Shown here in pieces: positions 13,876-23,119 of a stretch of DNA of 27,744 bases. Position numbers and translations under genes: made by a program. Location: assembly GCA_046726415.1 (NCBI GenBank), contig JBKPAK010000145.1, forward strand, positions 1 to 27,744, read 5' to 3'. Below the pieces are notes generated by a model. The model was not told the DNA's origin. It did no database searches and saw only the letters and a program-made list of their open reading frames with translations. This DNA is from Candidatus Methylomirabilota bacterium (GTDB lineage: Bacteria; Methylomirabilota; Methylomirabilia; Rokubacteriales; CSP1-6). Within the stretch, counting starts at the first letter, position 1, and every line of letters starts with the position of its first letter.

Positions 13876-14991
13876 CTACGTCAGATAGAACGGGCGAGAT
13901 GGCTCACGGCCGTAGGGATATCGCGCGAGCACGTCGGCCGTCGGATCGGCGCCGAGGCCGGGGCGGTCGCTGACCTGGACCACGCCGTTCACGCATTTGA
14001 TCGGCTCGGCCACGAGAGGGCCCTCCAGCTCACCGGGCGGGAACTCTACGTACGGCACTCCCGAGGTCGACGCAACGAGGTGGAACGTGGCCGCCAGACC
14101 CGGGCCGAAGTAGAACGAGTGCGGGACGAGCGTCACGCCATGGGTGGCGGCCAGGGTGGCGATCTTCTTCATCTCGCCGATACCGCCGACCTTGGTGATG
14201 CTCGGCTGCACGATGTCAGCCGCGCCCGCGGCCAAGAGCGCGGCGAAGCCATGCGCGGTGCCCTCGTTCTCTCCGCTGGCGATCGACATCCGCAGCGCGG
14301 CCCGGACGCGAGCGAGACCAGCATAATCCTCGGGGGGCCACACGGGCTCTTCCAGCCAGCGCAGATGGTAGCGCTCGAGTTGCCGGCCGAGGCAAATGGC
14401 TTCCTCTACACTCCACGGACAGTTCGCGTCGAGCATCAGCTCGACATCATCGCCCACCGCCTCGCGCGCGACGGCGACCGACTCCACGTCGACCTGGTGG
14501 AGCTTGATGGCCGTGTATCCCTGAGCCACCATGGCCGCGGTGGCGCGGCCGACGTCGGAGGCGTCCGGATAGCGCGGAAGGCTCGCATAGACACGCACGT
14601 CTGACTGGACGAGTCCGCCCAGGAGTTCGTAGGCGGGAACGCCCCGGGCCTTGCCGGCGAGATCCCACAGGGCCAGCTCGACGCCGCTGATGGCGAACAT
14701 GCCAAGGCCTCGGCGTCCCCATATCATCAGGGCCTGCTGCATCGTCCGCGTGAGGTGTTCGATCCGAGACGGATCCTGACCCACGACGAGCGGGGCCAGC
14801 GCCTCGTCGACGACGTTGCAGACGGCCAGCGGGGCGCCATACGCGAAGCATTCGCCCCAGCCCACAAGCCCACCGTCGGTGGAGAGCCGCACGAGGATCT
14901 GCTTGGCCAGCGGGCCCAGCCACGGCGACTGCGGCGTCATGGGGCGGTGCGGGATGGCCAGCGGAATGGCCCGAAGCTCAGTGATCTTCAT
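13876..14991 (-). CDS. Mandelate racemase/muconate lactonizing enzyme (enolase superfamily) protein
   Basis: GLVGWGE, AISGVELALWDLAGKA..P.YELLGG, KLH, metal ligands MLDAN/WLEEP/SGEN, and VPH. Confidence 0.92.
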   Translation of the reverse strand: MKITELRAIPLAIPHRPMTPQSPWLGPLAKQILVRLSTDGGLVGWGECFAYGAPLAVCNVVDEALAPLVVGQDPSRIEHLTRTMQQALMIWGRRGLGMFAISGVELALWDLAGKARGVPAYELLGGLVQSDVRVYASLPRYPDASDVGRATAAMVAQGYTAIKLHQVDVESVAVAREAVGDDVELMLDANCPWSVEEAICLGRQLERYHLRWLEEPVWPPEDYAGLARVRAALRMSIASGENEGTAHGFAALLAAGAADIVQPSITKVGGIGEMKKIATLAATHGVTLVPHSFYFGPGLAATFHLVASTSGVPYVEFPPGELEGPLVAEPIKCVNGVVQVSDRPGLGADPTADVLARYPYGREPSRPFYLT

Positions 14992-15036
14992 CGGACGGCA
15001 TCTCGGAAGTTTGGGGGGCCAGTTGGGGGCCCTCTC

Positions 15037-16524
15037 TCATACATCGAGCCCGTATTCCGACCAGCGCTCGAGAACGCGCGCCTCATCCTCGGGGGCAGGA
15101 CGCACGGTGGGCGGGAAGCGCTCACCGCCCCACTCGGGACGCCGAGCGTGTTTCCAGGATCGCGTGGCATCGATAAGCATGCGGTTCCACAGACCCGTCC
15201 CGAGCTGGGCGACCTCGCGGTCGGCCATGGGGGTGCTGGGATCGATGGGGGAGCCGAAGATCCCGGGGAAGATCACCACGCCTCCGTCCCCAGCATTCAC
15301 TCGATGCGCGAACGCCCACTCCACTTGCTCGTCGACCGCCGGATCGATGTCCTCTTCCACGACGGTCACGTGCTTGTAGCGATACTGGGCGGCGCTGTTG
15401 CCCCACAGCGCCGCGGCGATCTGCTTGGGCTGCCCTTGGTAGTGCTTCTTGATCTGCACCCGGATATTCACCCCGTTGGTGATGGGCGGCACGTAGACGT
15501 CGAGGATGCCGGGAATGCCGGCGCCATTGAGGATGTTCCAGGCGATGGCCGCCCGCTGCACCGAGGACATCACGCTGTTCTCGCTGTAGGAGCCCGGCAA
15601 GGTCCCCTCCAGGCATCCGCGAAAGATCGGATCGCGCCGGTGGGCCACGCAGGTGACTTTCATGGTCGGGCGCGGGGTGGGGATGTCGGACACGTAGCCG
15701 GTGAACTCGCCGAACGGTCCCTCGACCTCATAGGTGGCCGGGTCGTCGCTGATGTACCCCTCGAAGACGATCTCCGCGGTGGCCGGAACGTCCAGATCCA
15801 CCGTCTCGCAGCGCACCAGCTCGGCGGGCTCGCCGCGGTACGCGCCCATCACGTCCCACTCGCATACTCCGGCGGGAATGGGCGAGCCCGACAGGAAGGG
15901 CATGATGGGATCCCACCCGACCACGCACGCCACAGGCATGGGCTCCTTGCGGGCGGCCCACTTGACGAAGTGGGCGCCCCAGTGTTGGCCGCCCTTGATG
16001 AGCAAGAAGGGCGCGGTGTCCTTCCTGCCGATCATCCCGCGATAGATGCCGACATTCATCACGCGCGTCTCGGGGTCGCGAGTGACGATCCCGGTGAAGG
16101 TGTGAATGTAGCGCCCTCCCTCCAGGTAGTGCCACTTCGGGACGGGGAACTCGGCCTGATCGATGGCATCGCCGCGCACGATCACATCCTTCACCGGTCC
16201 CGTCTTGACGACGACCGGCGGAATCGCCTGGCCGTTCTTCTTCATCACGTACTGGACCAGCTCGCGATTGGAAATGTCCCGCGTGAAGCCGAGGGCCAGG
16301 GCCAGACGCGCACGCGCGCCGAGACCCCCGGTGAAGAGCTTCGTGCAGCGACCGCGTCGGTAGCCCTTGATGTTCTCGAAGAGGAGGGCCGGCCCTTTCT
16401 TCTCGAGGACCCGGCGGGCGATGGCGCCGATCTCGCGGTCCCAGTCCACCTCGGCGGTGATGTGCCGCAGTTCCCCTTCCTTCTCGAGGAGGGTCATCCA
16501 CTGCCGCAAGTCCATGAAGCTCAT
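15037..16524 (-). CDS. UbiD-family prFMN-dependent (de)carboxylase
   Basis: DLRQW..LEKEGEL, GPALLFENIKG, NVGIYR, EGPFGEFTGY, VEEDIDP, IDPS, IDATR. Start MSFMDL (ATG 16524). Confidence 0.93.
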   Translation of the reverse strand: MSFMDLRQWMTLLEKEGELRHITAEVDWDREIGAIARRVLEKKGPALLFENIKGYRRGRCTKLFTGGLGARARLALALGFTRDISNRELVQYVMKKNGQAIPPVVVKTGPVKDVIVRGDAIDQAEFPVPKWHYLEGGRYIHTFTGIVTRDPETRVMNVGIYRGMIGRKDTAPFLLIKGGQHWGAHFVKWAARKEPMPVACVVGWDPIMPFLSGSPIPAGVCEWDVMGAYRGEPAELVRCETVDLDVPATAEIVFEGYISDDPATYEVEGPFGEFTGYVSDIPTPRPTMKVTCVAHRRDPIFRGCLEGTLPGSYSENSVMSSVQRAAIAWNILNGAGIPGILDVYVPPITNGVNIRVQIKKHYQGQPKQIAAALWGNSAAQYRYKHVTVVEEDIDPAVDEQVEWAFAHRVNAGDGGVVIFPGIFGSPIDPSTPMADREVAQLGTGLWNRMLIDATRSWKHARRPEWGGERFPPTVRPAPEDEARVLERWSEYGLDV

Positions 16525-16598
16525 CAGCTCACCTGCGCTCGAGCCTCTCCCGCCCGCGCGCCGGTCTGCTCGAGACAAGACGCGTGCACCATCCCGTG

Positions 16599-16627
16599 AC
16601 CATAGTGCGATCGCCGGATCCGGTCAA
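16599..16627 (-). promoter_or_regulatory. Putative sigma70 promoter for ubiD-enolase
   Basis: Minus strand TTGACC (16627-16622), 17 bp, TATGGT (16604-16599). Confidence 0.55.
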
Positions 16628-16723
16628 GGCAGTGGAGCGTCGGACACATTACTCGTCTTCACGGGCGGGCCGCATCGCTCCCCGGGTCCTCGTCAGGCGG
16701 TGGACCGCGCGAAGGACCTCTGA

Positions 16724-17462
16724 TCACGATCGCGAGGCGACGGCGACGTCAACACGCCGGCGCGCGTCGCGCTGAGCGAGCCACACCGCGAGGAAGCACG
16801 CGATGCCCATGGCGTCACTCAGGAACGCCCCCACCAGGAGCACCGCGCGCTCCCACAGGCGGGTGGGCCCGCGCAGATACCCGATGAGGCCCGCGCGAGC
16901 ATGGCGATGCCCAGGGTGGCGGCTGCCGTCCGCAGGACGATGTGCGCGACCGATGCATCGATGAGGAGCAGCGCTGGATCGTAGGCGAAGCTGAACGGGA
17001 TGATGAACCCGGCGAGCGCAAGGGCCATGCCCGTCCACTGCGTGCGCCAGACGTCGGCGCCGGCGATCGATGAGGTGGCATAGGTCGAGATGGCCGTCGG
17101 CGGCGTGAGATCGGCGAGAATCCCAAAATAGAAGACGAACATGTGGGCCACCAGCTTGGGCACGCCCAGCTGGACGAGGGCCGGCGCGGCCATGATGGAC
17201 GTGATGATCGGAACTTCTCGGCCTGCTCGGCCGATTCCGGCACCGGCGTGGTGAGGAAGCCGAGAGCCACCGCGAAGGCCACGTGCACGGGGAGCTGGAT
17301 CAGGAGATCGAAGAGCCCCGCGTAGGCCGTGTAGACCTGGAACACCGACCAGGTGATACCCAGCCACACCCGCGGAGAACGGAGGTCAGGCATCGCTGCT
17401 GGAGATTGTGAGACCAGCGAGGTGCGCACCAGGCGCACCGGCGGCGCGTGAGCATCAGACAT
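16724..17462 (-). pseudogene. TRAP/TAXI fused 4TM/12TM permease pseudogene (large internal deletion + frameshift)
   Basis: The N-terminal piece (WSVFQVYTA...VHVAFAVALGFL) jumps at about 17210 into the C-terminal piece (IITSIMAAPALVQLG..AHMFVFYFGILADLTPP..GFIIPFSFAYDPALLL) in another frame. A further shift near 16895 leads to AGLIGYL..WERAVL. About 740 bp in total; intact genes are roughly 1.9-2 kb. Confidence 0.88.
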
Positions 17463-19128
17463 CGCCGTGGACGACCTGCCCGCCCACCATGGTGAATCGA
17501 GCCGGGGTCTGGGCCAACGCCTCCAGGGGGGCGGTGAGCGGATCGCAATCGAGGACGGCCAGGTCCGCGGCGCGGCCCGGAGCCAGAGTACCGCGCTCGC
17601 GCTCGGCGAAGGTGATCCAGGCCCCCCCGACGGTCAGGGCGCGCAGAGCCTGCAGGCGCGAGAGTCGCTGACGGGAGCCGAGCACCTCTCCCGTGGTCAT
17701 GTCGCGCCGATCCACGACGGCCTTGAAGGCCAGCCACAGATTCGCCGGCTTGTTGTCGGTGGCGATTCCGAACGGTACGCCGAGCCGGACCAGGCTCCGG
17801 TGTGGGATGAGCGTCTCGGCGGCCCCGCCCAGGCGCGCCAGCTCGGCGATCCCCGAGCGCCAGAGATAGCTGATGGGATTCGTGGTGGCCACCGCGCCGA
17901 GTCGCCGAATGCGCGCGAGCTGGCGCTCGGTGGCGACGTGCAGGTGCACGAGCGCCCAGCGCAGATCGCGAAGGGGCCTGCGAGAGTCGATCGCCTCCCA
18001 GATGTCCAGGACCTCGGGCAAGGAGCGCGTGACGATCGTGTTGATGCGCAGGCCATGCCGCGCCGCCAGCTCCGCCTGCCGCGCATAGTCGTCGGGGCCG
18101 TTGGCGCTCTCGACGAAGCCCGCCCACGCCGTGTAGGGCTGCCCCGCGTGGAGGATCCGCGCCACGTCCGGATCACCGCCGTAGTGCAGACTGATGCCGG
18201 CAATGCGAAGGTGGTCGTCTCCGGTGCCGCGACCTCCCGCCCATGCCGCTAGCTCCGGGATGGCGCGCTCCGCTTCAGCCGCGGTGTCCCAGGTCGGACT
18301 GAGCGCCAGCGAGCAGCGGAGGGTCAGCCGCCCGCGCTGGTGCGTCTCGCGATAGGCGCGCAGCACTTCCGGCGCGATGCCATGTCCCTCGTAGATGGCG
18401 GTCACGCCATGGGCGGCATAGCGTTGCAGAGACTCGCCCAGGGCGCGGCGGCGATCCTCGGAGGTGAACCGCGGGGCCGCTTTCATCAAGGTGAACTCGA
18501 TCACCTGGATGAGGTTGTGCTCGACGAAGAGACCGGTCGGTTCGCCCGCGGCGTCCGTGGCGATGTCGACGCCCGGCGGCGGAACCGTGTCACGGGTGAT
18601 GCCGGCCCTGACGAGCGCGAGGGTGTTGGCGATCGAGTGCACCGGCGGCCTGTTCCAGTAACCCCAGATTCCCCGGATGTATACGGGGTGATCCGGAGCG
18701 GCCGTATCGAGGTCGGCTCGCGTGGGCCACCGGCGCTCGGCGAGGCGGGCCGGAGGATCGAGATAAAACGGCGGCACACCGAGAGGCATGGTGACGATCC
18801 AGTCGCCCTTCGGCCGTTTGGCGGCGAGCCGCCGGATGACCGCCTGGACATCGGCGATGGATCGGCATCGCTCGAGGGATGGATAGATCCGCTTCAATCC
18901 CTCGCGGTCGAGGTGTGCGTGGGCGTCGACGAGGCCGGGGATGATGGTGGCACCGGCCAGGTCGAGCACACGCGTCCGCCGGCCCTTCCACGCGCGGACA
19001 TCGGCCCGGCCGCCCGTGGCCGCGATCCGCCCGGCCGCGATGGCCAGGGCCGCCGCGACGGGCCGGCGCGGATCGAGGGTGATGATCCGGCCGGCCTGGA
19101 GAATCCAGTCGGCCTCTATTTCATCCAT
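17455..19128 (-). CDS. Amidohydrolase_3 (YtcJ-like) metal-dependent hydrolase
   Basis: Start MDEIEADWIL (ATG 19128, overlapping the TAXI stop). Motifs DLAGATIIPGLVDAHAH, DAAGEPTG, RGTLAPGRAADLAVL, TMVGGQVVH. Confidence 0.88.
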   Translation of the reverse strand: MDEIEADWILQAGRIITLDPRRPVAAALAIAAGRIAATGGRADVRAWKGRRTRVLDLAGATIIPGLVDAHAHLDREGLKRIYPSLERCRSIADVQAVIRRLAAKRPKGDWIVTMPLGVPPFYLDPPARLAERRWPTRADLDTAAPDHPVYIRGIWGYWNRPPVHSIANTLALVRAGITRDTVPPPGVDIATDAAGEPTGLFVEHNLIQVIEFTLMKAAPRFTSEDRRRALGESLQRYAAHGVTAIYEGHGIAPEVLRAYRETHQRGRLTLRCSLALSPTWDTAAEAERAIPELAAWAGGRGTGDDHLRIAGISLHYGGDPDVARILHAGQPYTAWAGFVESANGPDDYARQAELAARHGLRINTIVTRSLPEVLDIWEAIDSRRPLRDLRWALVHLHVATERQLARIRRLGAVATTNPISYLWRSGIAELARLGGAAETLIPHRSLVRLGVPFGIATDNKPANLWLAFKAVVDRRDMTTGEVLGSRQRLSRLQALRALTVGGAWITFAERERGTLAPGRAADLAVLDCDPLTAPLEALAQTPARFTMVGGQVVHGDV

Positions 19129-20102
19129 CCCTTCTCGCGGTACGCGCGCTCCGCGCCCGGATGGAGGGGAACGCCGACCTTCGCGGGCTCCCAGGCCGTC
19201 TGGGGATCGAACTCGGCGAGGCCGGCGTGACCACGCACCAGGGCGTCCTTGTTGTCGACGATGGTCCTCGTCACGGTGTAGGCGATCGGCTCCGGCAACT
19301 CCTGGTTGGTGATGAGCACCGTCGGGAAGCCGACCGTCTTGACCGGCTCGTTCTGACTCTTGAAGGTCTCGGCGGACATGGTGGCCGCCGTGTAGCCGAG
19401 CGGCGCCAGCGCGGCGATCATGTCGGGCTCGAGACCCACGAACTTGACGTCCACCGAGGAAACGATCTCGCTGACCGATGGATGTTTCGGGGTCACCACG
19501 GCGAACAGCACGTCCGCCCGCCCGTCCTTGAAGGCGTCGATGATGATGTTGTAGCCGACGTGCTGGGTGGAGCCCCCCCACGACTTGATGTCGCTGTAGG
19601 TGACGCCGTACGCGCGCAGCAGCTGGCGGCCCGCAAACTCGCCGCGCGATCCGACGGGCTGGGTCACCATCTTGATGGGAATCCTCTTGTCCTTGACGTC
19701 CTTCACGGAGTTGAGGCCGAGCTTCTTGGCCGTCACCGCCACCAGGTAGTACCTGTCGAGGCCGCCGGCCAGCCCGCGGAGGTTGTCGAGCTTCTGGTCG
19801 TACGCCTCCTTACCCTCGTACGCCCAGCGATTGCTAATGGTGAACGCGAAGCCGAGGGGTGTCTCGTTCTTGGCGACGAGGCGCGGATTGCCCACTCCGC
19901 CCGCGCGCGGCTTCACGTCGATGTTGGAACCGGCCGGCAGCGCCTTGCGGAGCAGCTCTGCCATGGTGGCGCCGTACACGTACCAGGCGCTGCCCGTATC
20001 GAGGGTGGCGAAGGCCAGATTTACCGGCCCCTGGGCCCAAGCTTCGCTGACCGCCAATCCCATGATGGTCACCATCGCGGTGATCGTTCGCAGGCGTCTC
20101 AC
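19116..20102 (-). CDS. TAXI-family TRAP substrate-binding protein
   Basis: Signal peptide (..SEAWA|Q), ATLDTGSAWY.YG, GGVGN, FKDGRAD, VPLHPGAERAYREKG. GTG start at 20102 with AGGAGG SD. Confidence 0.9.
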   Translation of the reverse strand: MRRLRTITAMVTIMGLAVSEAWAQGPVNLAFATLDTGSAWYVYGATMAELLRKALPAGSNIDVKPRAGGVGNPRLVAKNETPLGFAFTISNRWAYEGKEAYDQKLDNLRGLAGGLDRYYLVAVTAKKLGLNSVKDVKDKRIPIKMVTQPVGSRGEFAGRQLLRAYGVTYSDIKSWGGSTQHVGYNIIIDAFKDGRADVLFAVVTPKHPSVSEIVSSVDVKFVGLEPDMIAALAPLGYTAATMSAETFKSQNEPVKTVGFPTVLITNQELPEPIAYTVTRTIVDNKDALVRGHAGLAEFDPQTAWEPAKVGVPLHPGAERAYREKGWMK

Positions 20103-20190
20103 GGAGCGTTCGACCTCCTGTGTCCGCGTCGGTGGCGTCGACGGCCCTGTCCTCGGTCCGCCCCGGGACACCTCAGCGGCCGATCACGTC

Positions 20191-21156
20191 TCAATAGAGG
20201 TGACAGGCGACCTCGCCGCCGCCGTCGCGAAGCCGCAAGGTCGGCTCCACCTGGGAGCAGATCGGCATCGCCGATGGGCAGCGCGGGTGGAACCGACATC
20301 CGGAAGGCAGATCGAGAGCGCTCGGAACCTCTCCGGCGATGGTCCGTTCCCCGTGCTGATCATCGGGATGGGACGGAAGCGCGGCGGCAAAGAGGGCCTT
20401 GGTGTACGGGTGCATCGGACGGGCGCACAGCGCATCGCTGTCCGCCGTCTCCACGATCTTGCCCAAGTACATCACCGCGATCCGGTGGCTGATGTGCGCA
20501 ACGGTGGCCAGGTCGTGGCCGATGAAGAGATAGCTCACGCTCAGGGTGCGTTGCAGGTGCTCGAGCTGGCTGATGATCTGGGCTCGGACCGACACGTCGA
20601 GGGCGGAGACCGGCTCGTCCAGCACGAGGAGACGGGTGTCGGCGGCCAGCGCGCGGGCGATGGCGATCCGCTGGCGCTGCCCGCCGCTGAATTCATGGGG
20701 AAACAGCGGGGCCACGTCGGGCTGGAGACCGACCAGCTCGAGCACCGCGGCGACGCGCTCGCGGATCGCCGCACGCGAGAGTAGGGTGTGGATCTCCAGC
20801 GGCTCAGCAATGATGTCCTGCACGCGCATGCGCGGGCTGAGCGAGCTGAACGGGTCCTGGAACACTACCTGCACGGCCCGGCGGTATTCCATGAGCGCCT
20901 GGCTTGCGAGACCGGCGATGTCCTGGCCCTCGAAGGCGATCGTCCCCGCGGTCGGTGTCTCCTGCAGCAGGATCAACTTGGAGGTGGTCGTCTTCCCGCA
21001 GCCGGACTCACCGATGAGCCCGAGCGTTTCGCCGGCGTGGATTGCGAAATCCACGCCGTCCACCGCCTTCACCCATGTCGGCCCGCGTCCGAGCAGGCGC
21101 TGGCGCCCGGGGAAGTACTTCTTCAGGCCCCGGACGTCAAGGAGAGGATCGGCCAT
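20191..21156 (-). CDS. Opp/Dpp-family ABC transporter ATP-binding subunit (OppF-like)
   Basis: GESGCGKT, FSGGQRQR, LDEP, HPYT, CRFHPRC...C...CH tail. Confidence 0.93.
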   Translation of the reverse strand: MADPLLDVRGLKKYFPGRQRLLGRGPTWVKAVDGVDFAIHAGETLGLIGESGCGKTTTSKLILLQETPTAGTIAFEGQDIAGLASQALMEYRRAVQVVFQDPFSSLSPRMRVQDIIAEPLEIHTLLSRAAIRERVAAVLELVGLQPDVAPLFPHEFSGGQRQRIAIARALAADTRLLVLDEPVSALDVSVRAQIISQLEHLQRTLSVSYLFIGHDLATVAHISHRIAVMYLGKIVETADSDALCARPMHPYTKALFAAALPSHPDDQHGERTIAGEVPSALDLPSGCRFHPRCPSAMPICSQVEPTLRLRDGGGEVACHLY

Positions 21157-22192
21157 GGTCCGCGTCTTCCTCGCGTCCGAGGAGCCAGCACCTGGCGACA
21201 TGTCCGCCGCCGAGGTGGAAGTCCCCCGGCTCTTCGGTCATGCAGCGTGGCACGGCCTCGGGACAGCGGGGATGGAAAGGGCATCCCGGGGGCAGGTTCG
21301 CCAGGTTGGGTGGCTGGCCCGGAATCGAATAGAGTGGCTCTTTGCTGCCGAGCTTCGGCACCGCGCCGAGCAAGGCTCGCGTGTACGGATGCTTGGGTTC
21401 GTCGAAGAGCTCCCGCACCGGCGCCTGTTCGATGATTCTTCCGGCGTACATCACGGCGACCCTGTCACACATCTTCGCGACGATGCCAAGGTTATGTGTC
21501 ACGAAGATCAGGGCCACGCCCGTCTCCCGCTGGATTTCCTTGAGGAGGTCGAGGTACTGCGCCTGGATGGTGACGTCCAGATTCGTCGTGGGCTCGTCGG
21601 CGATGACGACCCTGGGCCCTCCGGCGAGGGCGATCGCCCCGACGATGCGCTGGCGCATGCCGCCGCTCATCTGGTGGGGGTAGTCGCGCATCCTCCACTC
21701 GGGCGAGGGGATGCGGACGGCCCGGAGGAGATGCTGCACGCGCTCCCGCAGTGAGTGGCCCCGCAGCTGCTGGTGGAAAAACGCGGGCTCCGCCACTTGC
21801 CGGAAGATGGTGAAGAGCGGGTTCAGCGACGCCATGGGATCCTGCAGGATCACCGCGATCCGCCGGCCCCGGATCCGGCGCAATTCGGGCTGGCTCTTTC
21901 GGGTCAGATTCTCCCCTTCGAAGACAACACTCCCTCCCACGATGCGCGCGGCCGGCGGCAGCAGCCCGACAATCGAAAGGCACGTCGTGGTCTTGCCGCT
22001 TCCGGACTCACCGACGAGCCCCAGGCTCTCGCCTTCGTGGAGCGAGAAGCTCACGCCGTCCACTGCCTTGACGACCCGGGTTCCGCCGAAGCTGAAGAAG
22101 TGGGTCTGGAGGTCGGACACCTGCAGCACGGGATCGAGATCCGCCACCCCCTCGCCGGAGCGGCCCGAGCGCCGCGGGGTGTGGGGGGCCAT
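21137..22192 (-). CDS. Opp/Dpp-family ABC transporter ATP-binding subunit (OppD-like)
   Basis: GESGSGKT, YPHQMSGGMRQR, ADEPT, HPYTRAL, CPFHPRC. Start is ATG 22192 or GTG 22147. Confidence 0.92.
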   Translation of the reverse strand: MAPHTPRRSGRSGEGVADLDPVLQVSDLQTHFFSFGGTRVVKAVDGVSFSLHEGESLGLVGESGSGKTTTCLSIVGLLPPAARIVGGSVVFEGENLTRKSQPELRRIRGRRIAVILQDPMASLNPLFTIFRQVAEPAFFHQQLRGHSLRERVQHLLRAVRIPSPEWRMRDYPHQMSGGMRQRIVGAIALAGGPRVVIADEPTTNLDVTIQAQYLDLLKEIQRETGVALIFVTHNLGIVAKMCDRVAVMYAGRIIEQAPVRELFDEPKHPYTRALLGAVPKLGSKEPLYSIPGQPPNLANLPPGCPFHPRCPEAVPRCMTEEPGDFHLGGGHVARCWLLGREEDADHGRSSP

Positions 22193-22206
22193 GTCGCCCA
22201 CCTTCT

Positions 22207-23112
22207 CTACAGATTTCGCAACTGGGGATCCAGCCGGACGCGCAACCAGTCGCCGAGGAGTTGGGTGGCGAGGACGATCAGGAGAATGCACAACCCGGGG
22301 AACACCGTGAGCCACCACTGCCCGGCCATCAAGGTAGGACGCGCCTCCGAAAGCATGAGACCCCACGCCGGCTGAGGCGGTGGCACGCCGACTCCGAGAA
22401 AGCTGAGCGATGCTTCGGCGATGATGACCACGCCGACGGTGAGGCTCCCCAGCACCGTCGCCGTGTTCATGACATTGGGCAGGATGTGCCGCTTGATCAC
22501 GCGGAGCTTGCTGGCCCCGGCGATCTCCGCCAGCTTCACGAATTCTCTCTCGCGCAGGGTCAGCACCTCCCCCCGAATGACGCGGGCGTAGCGCGTCCAG
22601 TACACCGCGCCCAGGATGACGATGATGTTCCACATGCTGGGCCCGACCATGGCGGCCAGGAAGATCGCGAAGACGAGAGCGGGCAACGCCAGCCAGGCGT
22701 CGGTGACGCGCATGATGATCTGGTCCACCCAGCCCCCGACGTATCCGGAGAGGATCCCCATCGCGGTCCCGATACCACCCGCCACCAGGGTCCCCATCAT
22801 CCCCACGATGAGCGACACGCGCGCGCCAAAGATGAGGCGGCTCAGGACGTCGCGTCCCTGGAAGTCGGTCCCGAGCGGCGTCGCGATGCTGCCTCCCTCC
22901 ATCCAGAAGGGCGGGGCGAACACCGTCGCGCCCTTCACCGGAAGTGTCGGGTCATGCGGCGCCAGCAGGCCGGCAAAGATCGCGACGAGGGTCAGGCCGA
23001 CGAGAATAACCACCGCGACCAGCGGGGCCTCCCGCGCGCCCTTGACAACCGCCCTGAGCCTGCTCGTTGCCCATCCCGGGGCCAGCGGCCTCTGCGTCGC
23101 GAGGATCGCCAT
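22207..23112 (-). CDS. Opp/Dpp-family ABC permease (OppC-like)
   Basis: LGTDFQGRDVLSRLIFGARVSL, EREFVKLAEIAGAS, EASLSFLG, GDWLR..LDP. Confidence 0.93.
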   Translation of the reverse strand: MAILATQRPLAPGWATSRLRAVVKGAREAPLVAVVILVGLTLVAIFAGLLAPHDPTLPVKGATVFAPPFWMEGGSIATPLGTDFQGRDVLSRLIFGARVSLIVGMMGTLVAGGIGTAMGILSGYVGGWVDQIIMRVTDAWLALPALVFAIFLAAMVGPSMWNIIVILGAVYWTRYARVIRGEVLTLREREFVKLAEIAGASKLRVIKRHILPNVMNTATVLGSLTVGVVIIAEASLSFLGVGVPPPQPAWGLMLSEARPTLMAGQWWLTVFPGLCILLIVLATQLLGDWLRVRLDPQLRNL

Positions 23113-23119
23113 CGTCCTT

